Source: Magallana gigas
Lineage: Eukaryota
Assembly (NCBI RefSeq): GCF_963853765.1
Contig: NC_088855.1
Span: forward strand, 21,390,001 to 21,454,000
Length of the DNA stretch: 64,000 nucleotides
Reading direction: 5' to 3'
Positions 15,082 to 25,841 of this stretch are shown here, piece by piece (position 1 is the stretch's first letter; each line of letters begins with the position of its first letter). The notes below the pieces were generated by a model. It had not been told where the DNA came from. It saw nothing but the letters and a program-made list of their open reading frames with translations, and did not search any database. Both the position numbers and the translations under genes were made by a program.

Positions 15082-15831
15082 TTAATTTTCAGCATTATCT
15101 CCCTTTCCTTCCTGTTGAGTGTCAGATGTCCACAGATTGAGATTATCTCTAAGGAGCTGCATGATTAGGGTACTGTCCTTGTACATTTCTTCATCTAACG
15201 TATCGAGCTCAGCGATTGCATCATCAAAAGCCTGTTGGGCTAGATGGCATGCTTGTTCCGGGTTGTTCTTAATCTCATAATAAAACACTGAGAAGTTGAG
15301 AGCTAATCCAAGTCGGTTGGGGTGAGTTGGACTCATGTTGGCTTTCGCGGTGTCATAAGCGAGTTGATATGACTTCTGTGCTTCTTCAATGACCCCGCTT
15401 CTTAAACTCTCATCAGCATACTCTGCTCTGTATCTCTGGTAATCTCCCTGCATTTTCAAGAAGAACACTTTGCTGTCGATTGATGTAACATTTACTAACA
15501 GGTGCTTTTCTAACAATTCCAAAACTTCCGAGCAGATTTTCTCTAGTTCCTCTTCGATTTTTTGCCGAAACTTTTTGGCCAGTGCTAGCTTGGTTGGATT
15601 AGATTCAATTTTTGACTCCATCATGGTAATCATGCGCCAGGAGGATCTTCTGGAGCCAACGACATTTTTATACGCTACAGAAAGAAGATTTCTCTCATCA
15701 GATGTTAGCTCTTTGCTGTCAGATGCTGACAGGCTTTCGGTTACTTTTTTCATAGCTTCTGCCATATCTTCGAATCTTTCTGCCTGTTCGGCAAACTTTG
15801 CCCATTGCACTAGTTCGTCCCGGCTGCTCAT
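15082..15831 (-). CDS. 14-3-3 family protein B (249 aa, intronless CDS)
   Basis: Uninterrupted ORF with [34 protein letters not shown] and [14 protein letters not shown]. Confidence 0.97.
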   Translation of the reverse strand: MSSRDELVQWAKFAEQAERFEDMAEAMKKVTESLSASDSKELTSDERNLLSVAYKNVVGSRRSSWRMITMMESKIESNPTKLALAKKFRQKIEEELEKICSEVLELLEKHLLVNVTSIDSKVFFLKMQGDYQRYRAEYADESLRSGVIEEAQKSYQLAYDTAKANMSPTHPNRLGLALNFSVFYYEIKNNPEQACHLAQQAFDDAIAELDTLDEEMYKDSTLIMQLLRDNLNLWTSDTQQEGKGDNAEN

Positions 15832-16482
15832 TTTGAAATATTTTGGAGGAAATATATCTGCTTTTGATGACGGGTAAAATCTTCTACCGCAGCAAAGATG
15901 GCGAATGATGCACCGGAAATTCTATCAGTGCTGAATCACGAACCCGAATTTATTTAATCGATTGCAGCAATGACGATAAGGTTATTGAGGATATTTAACA
16001 GCGATCGTGTGAATTTCACTTTGTTTTTATTGTCAATCTGTTAATTTGTTAAAAGAAAGATGTAAATATAAAAATAACGCGGGCTGTGTATTTTTTCTGC
16101 AATGTCGCCACCTTCATATCCAGCATGAATCATCAAAGAAAACATTCCATCGTTTAAAGAATTTGAGATTTGTGCAGGGATAAATCAATATACACATTTT
16201 TGCGAAAATTATACGTGTCGGTAACATGATAAACCTAAAACCAGTAATTTGATTACATTTTCAAAAATATACACTTACTTAGATCTATTTCAGTGACCAA
16301 TAACAATTCAGTTTAAAAAAAACCCCAGAAATCCAAATAACTGCTATTTTGTGTTATGAAAATATATATATATCAGAACAGCTGTTGACAAGCAAATAAA
16401 TATTTAAACAACATGTGCATTCTTCTTTTAGTGTAAATTTAATTCAACATTTGATATTCATGTCATTCAAGTAATACATAAT

Positions 16483-16778
16483 CAGGCACGTAGCATCGTT
16501 TTTGAAAGTGTGTGGGGGGGGGGGGGGGGGCTCATCTAAAAAATCTTGACAAGCAAATAAAGGAAGAAGAAAAAAAAGAAGGAAATTTCTAGAATTTTAT
16601 TTATTTTCATATCAACTCTTTTACATTTTACCAAAAAAGTTGGGGGGGGGGGGCAACTCCATGATAATTCAATTTTTTATATGTAAATTTTAAAAAATTG
16701 GTTGCTGCGAGAAAAATTGGGGGGGGGGGGGGCAGGCCCCCCTGCGCCCCCCCCCCCCCCCCCGATGCTACGTGCCTG
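16483..16778. mobile_element. MITE with CAGGCACGTAGCATCG terminal inverted repeats
   Basis: caggcacgtagcatcg ... cgatgctacgtgcctg perfect 16-bp TIR. Confidence 0.8.
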
Positions 16779-17480
16779 TCACGCGCTTTTTACAGAATTT
16801 AACGTCATATAAAAAACACAACAAATTTTCCTTAAATCTGCGATATATAGAATTCACGTACCGGTTAAACAAGAAATAAGTTGTAATTTACCTCGAAAAT
16901 ACATAAATACAGTTTACAACATTCCAAAAATTTTAAAGATTATTTTTCAGAATGAAGTGATAAAAATTAATTAAGAATGATCATGGCTTATATAAATTGA
17001 TATATATACAAATTAAAAACAAAAGAATAACATATTCTTTTGCCAGACAGAAACAATATTTGCAAAAAAAGATATAAATTTGTCTAAGGCTAGCTACCAG
17101 GCTGGCATGTTGCAACGGAGAAAAAGGGGGGGGGGTGTCGGGGCCCCTCTCCACATAATTATGTTAGAATAAACGTACATGATAGAATAAATGACTTAAA
17201 AAAATAATATCCACAAAAACGTGATTTTATAGCCTTATAGAATGGTCTTAGAACAAAGTAAGTGATGTCCTAAAGTTAGGGCAAAGTTATGGCGGTTCCG
17301 AAATTTAGAAAAGCTAAATTTAGGTGGGGAGGGGGGGGGGGGGGAGGTCGAGGAATAATTTTGTTTGCCTGTGGAAGGGGGCCTATTTTGTTAATTCATT
17401 ATGAGAATTTCATAAGTTTGAATATTGCAGAGTTTGTGTGTGTGCGGGGGGTGGGGGATTAATCTATGTTCTATGAAGTT

Positions 17481-17534
17481 CATCTTCGCTAGCCAAGGGT
17501 TTTTGGTCCCGAAAACCCTTGGCTAGCGAAGATG
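17481..17534. repeat. Perfect 54-bp hairpin (23-bp stem, 8-nt loop), probably a collapsed TIR element
   Basis: catcttcgctagccaagggtttt-tggtcccg-aaaacccttggctagcgaagatg. Confidence 0.9.
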
Positions 17535-17974
17535 TATTAATTAAGTTATACTTTTTATTTACAAAAGATATGAACGTTAGATCTAAATCCATTGGCATCG
17601 AATTCCATCATTTTTAAAACATTCTAACCATGCGTACATATGTGCTGCATGTATGAAAATTACACACAGAATGTATCTACACAGTATATTGACAGTTCAA
17701 ATTTAATGTTGAAATAAGGCAACACAAGTTATCGACATCGATAGTTATATTTTAATACATTTCGACTAAAAATACTAGCAAACGTACTATAGTACTTGGA
17801 AATCGTTCTATCTCTGAAGGAAAACGCTACTTATCCACACGTCCGCTGTGAACACTCATAGAGAAAGATTCATTCTATAGCACCAAACAAAAAAAAAAAA
17901 ACCCTAAAAACATCAACAAAAATTCATTGATTGGGAATACCGTGGAGATCTGTGACCTAGCTATTACTGTTGAC

Positions 17975-18109
17975 ATGGATCTAGTTCAAAAAGGCGCCAT
18001 ACTCCGGACACGGGTGGCACTCGTTAACGATTTAGACGTGAGCGATGAACTTTGTGATGCACTTATGAGCCAGGATATTTTCAGTCCGCTTATGATTGAG
18101 TATATAATG
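17975..18109 (+). CDS. Orphan CARD first exon (45 codons), paralogous to exon 1 of the two downstream CARD genes
   Basis: MDLVQKGAILRTRVALVNDLDVSDELCDALMSQDIFSPLMIEYIM followed by a phase-0 gtgagt donor. No exon-2 homolog was found before 19789. Confidence 0.75.
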
Positions 18110-19788
18110 GTGAGTTTCAGTGATATATCTGCTGTAGATAATGAAAAACAAAATGATCGCACAGTTCATGTATTTTCCCTTTTAAATATGCGTCTTTTAC
18201 TAATTAACAATATTTGATAGTCAGTGGATCAATGACTATTACTTAGTATAATGGACTTATTGACAATTAAAAATTGTTAATTAGTTAAGGATATATACAC
18301 TATAGTATCAATCTAAGCAAAGAATATATTCTGATATCGATGCTAAACAGTTTGCAAAAGCCAATGGTCTGATGCAGTATGCCGGTACATTTCTCGATCC
18401 CGTTCTGCGACAGATTTACATTGTACATGTATATACATGTACATGTTTTGTAAACTTTATCCTCATGGTTAAAATCCTATTAACTCTGTACGATATTTCT
18501 TCCGCATATTTGAACACATTCCAACTTTATATCGTATATATAAACGACTCATTTATTTTATGTAACTATGTAAATGAGTAGAAGTTTTAAACAATGTAAT
18601 GCTTTCTTTGGCGATACATGCGGGAATAAAGGTAGCAGAAAAAATACATGATTGTATACAGGAAGCCCGTGTTAGCGGACTATGTTAATTTTTTTTTTCT
18701 GCAATGATTTCTACCTTTATAGCCCGTATGAATTATCAAGAAAGGCATTTATTGTTTATATTTACACCTTTATTTAAGAAAATTAATGAATTTGTTGTAA
18801 AGAGTAAATAAAATACGTAAGTAAGTAATTGTTTATTATAGTGAATTTGTGCATGACATATATATTAGATCTATAAAAAGTATATGCCGAATAATCGTAA
18901 TTTACACCCGGCCCTTTGCACCTCAAAGTCAATTTATACAATTGTAACTTTATACATGCATGATTTCAAATTTATATTTTATTAACCTTTGGACATTGAT
19001 AAATTACATTTCTGATGTACAATATTTTAACACATTTTAATACTTTTGAATATTATTTTTCCTGAGTTGGTAAGCATGCAGAGTTTATAAATCTAGCAGC
19101 TTATAATGGGTAATAGTTGATCAATGAAACAAATAAATATTGCCTATTATCAAATTCTTCGAAATTCACCATCGGCTTTCTTAAGAAATAGAGGAGAAAA
19201 TACTCGATAGATATGCATTTAAACTATGATTCTATGGAACTGGACCACGTATTTTCAGATTACTGAACCAATCTTAGCAGTGCGAAAGTCAAGGAGTTTC
19301 GAGTGTGACTCTACTCAAAATAGATATTTCATATGATTCCGAAATTAAGGGTCATGTTTAAAAAATCCTTCACTGAAAAATAATACCAAATTCAGGTGAC
19401 CTTTTACTTTTAAATATCACCGCAAATTGTTGATAATGAAAATGTAACCTACATATTTCTAAAAAAAAAACAAAAACAAAAAACAACCCCCCCCCCCCGG
19501 ATTTCTACAAGCTAAAAAAGAAACCCCGGAGTCCGTATACATATAATTATGTGTATTTACATTTTACGATATATGTCAAGAATTTTTATAAAATGTACAG
19601 CATTGTTGACCCTGATACGTTTTCAGCCCCAATTCTGGCATCGTTCAGGTGTGAATGTATGCGGTCGCGGTTTACTTTTTTTTCTTCAAAGACATACATT
19701 AAAAACGACAAGAATTGCAATTGAATTCAATAAATTGAACTTGTATGTGAAAGAGATTTATATTTAAACTGTTTAAAACGCCGTTATC

Positions 19789-21468
19789 ATGGATCAAGTT
19801 CACAAAGAAACCTTACTCCGTACTCGAGTAGAACTAGTCAAAGACTTAGACGTTAACGACGAAATTTGTGATGAGCTTTTGAGCCAGGGCATTTTCACTG
19901 AGCTTATGATTGAGTATATAGTGGTAAGTTTTGTTGCTATATCAGTAGGTGAATACTTTGAAATAAACTTGTCATTAACGAATTTGAAATGGCCGACAAT
20001 ACATTCTATGGGTCGTTCGTCGCTACATATAATATCTCGATCTATGTGAGCGGATCTATAATGCTATATGTACATTTTCTGCTGTCTTTGTCTGCGATAA
20101 CATTACGAATCAATTTTGAAGCCCAAAACCTAATAATCTATCATAAAGCCCTTCGGGTTTTATTGGATTTGATCACACCCCGGCCAAAATTATCATGCAC
20201 CTTATAATGTTCAGAAAATGATTCCTTATTCCTTAAATTAGACCATACTTTATCGCATGTCCTAATGAGTTTTTTTTTATAGTCTGTAACGAATTAAAAG
20301 GACTTGTAAGTTTACATTCTTTTAATAAACAGGCCCAACATACACGCATGGACAAGGTTCGTCGCCTCTTGGACGATCTTTCCAGGAGAGGTTCCAATGC
20401 TTACCATGGCTTTCTTTGGGCTCTGAGGAACGCTGGATACGATTTCCTTGCAAGTAAAATTGTAGAAAACGAGAAAATTGTTCGCAGGGAAATAGAAGAG
20501 AAAGAAAGGGAAAAGAGGAAAAAGAGTGAAGAAAGGGGGAGTCCTATGCAGACAGCCACCAATACAGTACCCTCGTCTCGGCCACTTGAATCAGGAAATG
20601 ACAGTGCTGCTCAATCTTCTACCATTGATAATCAACATCTGAATCCGAATTCCAATTCTTTAGAATCATTTAGAGTTGACTTAACATCCGACAGGTCGTC
20701 CGAAGACATTCCCCAACAGTCCAAGTCAGAGGAGCCCTATTTCAAGCCTCAACCTCAAGATGAGGTGACAGTTCATGAAATGGGCAAGTTTGAGATTTGA
20801 CAGATTGCTATTATAAAGCACAATTGTTTACTTTCTCTATTTTATATAAATATATTAATTAATCATTAATTTGCAGCTCTTTCGACAAAATAATAGGTGA
20901 TAGTATAGAGTTAAGTTTTTTGTAATTGAATCTTTATTGATTTTAATGGTACAACTATTTCCATAGCAACAGCACTTTAGTATTGATTAATTTTTTAACT
21001 TGGTGAGTTTAAAATGTAGACATTTATGAACTGCTGATATATGGTGACACGTAGCTACTAGGATTGCACGTTCTGTAATGTTTGCAAATCTACTCCACTT
21101 TACAAGAGTCATTCACAAATTCTTATAATAAAATAAAAAAATAGTATTTGAAAAAAAAATACAAAGATAAGTAGTAATCAACGATTTCCTTTTCTTAGTT
21201 TCAGTGATTAACTATATCAACCATAATAGATAGATACGTNNNNNNNNNNNNNNNNNNNNNNNNNNNNNNNNNNNNNNNNNNNNNNNNNNNNNNNNNNNNN
21301 NNNNNNNNNNNNNNNNNNNNNNNNNNNNNNNNNNNNNNNNNNNNNNNNNNNNNNNNNNNNNNNNNNNNNNNNNCAGCTTCCAGTTCAACAATATCCCAAG
21401 ATGATGACATGATTGATTTAAACCTTAGCACCACCTCAAATCAAACAGGCATGGATGTTGATCATTGA
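19789..21468 (+). CDS. CARD-only protein or truncated caspase paralog. Exons 19789-19923, 20333-20783 (GC donor), and a third exon starting inside the N gap with TGA at 21466-21468.
   Basis: MDQVHKETLLRTRVELVKDLDV...|AQHTRMDKVRRLLDDLSRRGSNAYHGFLWAL matches the caspase CARD at 25842. The post-gap exon is homologous to caspase exon 3, but all three frames stop before the 21474 donor. No p20/p10 exons were seen before 25842. Confidence 0.7.
21240..21373. other. Assembly gap (N run) hiding the acceptor of CARD gene exon 3
   Basis: Run of N. Confidence 1.
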
Positions 21469-21633
21469 CGAAGGTACGTGTTTTAATAATAAACACTCAA
21501 ATGATTTTTTTCTACATTTTATATTTGAAAACAGATGGAATAATTACCTATTGAATATGCCAAATGCGGTTATGAATAACAAAAAAGTCCTTTGAGGCTG
21601 AAACTGTCGGTGATAATTTTTTTCCATTTCGAT

Positions 21634-23078
21634 TTTTTAGGTCACCTGAGTCACCCAGGTGACCTATTGCTATCTGTTATGTCCGTCGTCGTTCGTAGTA
21701 TGTCGTTCGTAAACTTTTGAACATTTTTTTTTAGATAGATTGATTGAATGATTTCTGAAAAAATTGCGAAATTCATGGCACTTGCTCCCCTGAGGCCATG
21801 GGGTCGGGCTAAAAGTTAATGCAATCTTTAAAAAAAATGTTCTTGTTTACTCATGGACATCAAGCAGTCAAACTACTGGCATGATTGTAATAAGCATTAA
21901 GCTCTCTACCAAACTTGTGAATTCTATGGCCCCTGGGTCAGAGGTTCTGGTGTTGAGACTGGGCTCTAATGATTATTTGTATAGAGAAAATGCATTCATT
22001 CATAAAAAAAATTTTCTCCTCTGCTCCTGGATATTAAGCATGATTTAAGTATATAGTTAAAAAAATGATGGGGAAGAATGCCTCTTCCAAAATTGTGAAT
22101 TTCATGACCACTGGGTCAGGGTTTCTTGTGTTAGGGTGGGGCTTTAATGAGTACATGTATATTGTGAAAATACATAATTTCTTAAAAAATCTTCTCCTCT
22201 AATCCTGGGTATTAAGCCCATGATCTATGTACAAGTACATATTTATAACAGGGAAGAACGCCTCATCCAAAATTGTGAATTTCATGGCTCCTGGGTTAGG
22301 CGTTCTTGTGTTAGGGTGGGGCTCTGATGATTAAATTGTGAAAATACATTAATTCTTCAAAATCTTCTTCTCTGATCCTTGGTATTCAGCCCATGAACAA
22401 AGTACATAGTTATGATGGGGAAGAATGCCTCTTCCAAAATTGGGAATTTCATGGCCCCTGGGTTAGGAGTTTTGGCGTTAGGGCTCTAATGATTAAATTG
22501 TGAAAATACATTAATTCTTTGGAATCTTCTCGTTTGCTCCTAAGTATTATGCAGATGAACTTACAAGTGCATAGTTATGATGAGAAAGAATGCCTCTTCC
22601 GAAATTGTGAATTTAGTGGCCCCAGGGTCAGGGTTTCTGGTGTAAGGATGGGGCTCAAAACGAATGCAGTAATTCTTTGAAAATATTCTCCTCTGCTCCT
22701 GGCTATTAATCCGATGAATAAAGTACAAAGTTGCGATGATGAAGAGTGCCTCTTCCAAAATTATGAATTTCATGGTCCCTGGAACAAGGGCTCGGGTAAT
22801 AGGGCAGAGCTCTAATGATTATAAGGGGTGGGGTGCAGTAATTTTGACCGATGATTTTTTGTACTTCAGGTTTTTTTTTCAATTATGGAACTGTATGTTT
22901 TGCTATAATTTTAAGTTTTGGTTTTTTTTAGAATTTAGAAAGTTTATTGGATTAAACAATCCCGGAATAATAAAAAAAGATTTAATTAGCCCTGTAATTA
23001 TAATGCACATGAATATACAAAGCAAAAGCCACACTGCAGTTACTCAGGTGACCGATAATGCCCATGGGCCTCTTGTTT
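21634..23078 (+). mobile_element. HINE/Helentron-like element carrying about 6 satellite monomers of 156-180 bp, resembling the oyster Cg170/HindIII satellite
   Basis: 5' ttttttaggtcacctgagtcacccaggtgacc inverted repeat, gtccgtcgtcgt microsatellite, repeated ccaaaattgtgaatttcatg monomers, 3' ctcaggtgacc...gcccatgggcctcttgttt. The satellite name is from recall. Confidence 0.85.
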
Positions 23079-25699
23079 GTATATACACGGCATACATATA
23101 TCAATCATAAAACTGTCTTTAAATTTCAGAAAATTTGTTGGTTTACCGATAGACTTTAGGACATTCCGAATATAAATTACCATTGGATTTCCAAATGAGA
23201 ATCCGAAGATTGGCAGCTTTGCACCAAGAAATTTCCGAGTATTTCGAGCCTGAATCATGTTTTCCTTCTGTTGAATGGTCAGCAGTGGTGGCCTGTCGAT
23301 GGATCACCCAGCATGTTTCAACAGTGCTATATATAGCTCTTTCGTCACTCTTAATTTAACAAGAGTGGTAACTAAATTGTTTATTTACAAAATTTATAAG
23401 TATACAAGAAAGAATTAAACAGAATTCTTATAAAAATTATGCTGGCATTTTTTTTTTTTGCCCCTTACATGCATATTGAATTCAAGATAAATTAGGTTAA
23501 TATGCAAGAAAAGTAAATCAAAATTCAAGAAAATCATGTTGACGTGTAGGTTTATACATGTAATTGTGATTAATTGTAAAAATCCATAGACGTATATATG
23601 TAAATAAAAACAAGTTCTAGAATATACACGGATTTGACTTCTATTACTAACATATATACAATTGCTATGTAAATGACAAATATTATAGATAATTTTGCTT
23701 TCTGTTTTATATAACCAAAAATTTGAAATTTTCATTAACAAAATGGGGCTTTTGTTTATTTCTGTCGTACTGGTTAATTCTAGTACATGTCCTGATATTG
23801 ATATATTATTCCAGTTGATGAACTTCCGCTTTGAGATCTATGATAAATGTACAACATGTAATATCATTTTAAAAATAAAATGTGTGAATAAAAACAACTT
23901 TATTATTTTCAACAAAATACAATGACAATTTCTTTATTTTCTGAACTGCATAAATTACAGTGTTGAGAAGAATCAATTGAACAATAATACATATGATACA
24001 TATATTGCATGCATTGGAGAGTGACAATACAATAGTGAAAAAAAAGGGAAAAAATGATTGACAATTAACTAAGCGTGTTATATGTACAGTGCATTATAAA
24101 ATGAAAAACTGCAAATAGAAAAAAAAAAAAACCTAGCGAGCTAACTCTCTCAATTATAACTTTAATGAATTTACACAGATTAATCAGCAATTTTTTATTA
24201 TTAGTATTAAAGAGTTGTTGAAATTTGTAAACATTTGGGTGTGTGTAGAAGTATGAAGGTATGTATAAAACTCTCTTATATTTAATTGTTATATATCTGT
24301 ACAAATAAATGATGAAATTCATCTCCTATCTCATTACAGTTGCATATGGTACATATACGGGTTTTCACGAGGTATATCATACCATCTACCTCGTTCTATA
24401 GGCAATTTAGCATTACTTGTTCTAAAAGTACAAAAAAAAAATTCTGATATTTGAAAGTGCAGTAACTGTTCTAAAAAGTATTTTACCAAGGATAACGTGG
24501 TTTTAAAAATTCTATAGTTAATACTTTTAATGAATTATACATTTCACTATTCCATGACTGCTTGAATTGGTCTACAGTATATGAAAAACAGTTTTCTTAA
24601 GCCACTGGATATTTACATTTTGTTGACACAAAATAAAAGATAGACCACAATCATTCAATATTTTAACAATGAATTTAACCAGGGTCTGTTCATTTTACCC
24701 ATTGCATATTATTGTAGTTTTGACGAAACTTTATTATTTTTAGAAAAGACAAGTTTACTCCAAAATGCTATAGGCCTAATGCGGAATATAACATTAATTA
24801 TTAGTGGGTATCGTCCAGGCCAATTTCCCCGTAAACCTTATAATTTGGTGTTGACTGAGACTTTATTATAAAGGTTTAAGATATGTTTACAAAATCAGAT
24901 GTAACTTTTCAACCAGTGCTATATTACCAAATCACCAAACTTTACATCCATATACTGTAGTATCCACAAGTCAAATTTTATATCGGATATTTTCCACAAG
25001 TGTGATATATCATTTTAAAGCTTGGAGAAAGTATTAAAAGAAAATGACATTTTGGAATTCTTTGGTCATATATTGTTACTAAAAATAGACCGCAAAAAGT
25101 AGTGCTTATGTTATTCTTTGTGACCATTTCTTGGGAATACTATTCATTTTAATAATCGGCATATATACAAGATAATTATTATCACAAATCAAAATAAGTT
25201 CAATTGGATTGTAATGTACACTTTCTTTAATCATGCTCTTTTGATTTTTATTGGATATCCAAATTCCTTTATTATTCCGCACCTCGGATTTAAACGTATT
25301 CCTGCGCCAACGTCCCGTTGACAAAAATGACGTCAAAACGTCAACAAATAAAAATTAAATACATACATGTACACTAAGTATTTTAAGGTAAATCATTTCA
25401 CAAATATTTTTGTTCTATGATTATTGAGTGAATACAAGCTTATGAATTTGCTGTTTAAAAACACTTAATTTTGTTTAGAGTCACATAGCGTTACGTTATG
25501 ACGTGACTGTGTTTGTGGATGCTACATATAGTAAAATATGTTTCACGATTTTGTCAAACATATATAATTTGTTTGATTTTGTATTTGATTCTCTTTTGAG
25601 TATTTGCTGAATTCGAAATCGTCCGAGGCTCCGATAGGCCGAGTCGCAGGCCGAGTAAGTTAATGTACGACTTCTCTAGTACCCAGTTGAACGAAACTT

Positions 25700-25709
25700 G
25701 GAATTTCCC
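25700..25709 (-). promoter_or_regulatory. Candidate NF-kB/Rel site about 130 bp upstream of the caspase ATG
   Basis: GGGAAATTCC on the minus strand, an exact match to GGGRNWYYCC. A 10-mer can occur by chance. Confidence 0.4.
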
Positions 25710-25841
25710 GTTTATTTTTAGAAAACATGGCCGACAAAAATGTCACCATCGACGATCGAATTCGAAAGTAAAAATTTGATCACTCTGAGTTAAATTTGAT
25801 TAGAATTTTACATGTCAGTGATGTGAAACAGCGCTGTTGAC

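Noticed and set aside
15470-15877. 135-aa plus-strand ORF
   Set aside because: Antisense shadow of 14-3-3 B
16500-17460. Many poly-G/poly-C tracts as functional G-quadruplex elements
   Set aside because: They are mostly internal parts of common MITEs and are scattered across the window with no specific positional signal
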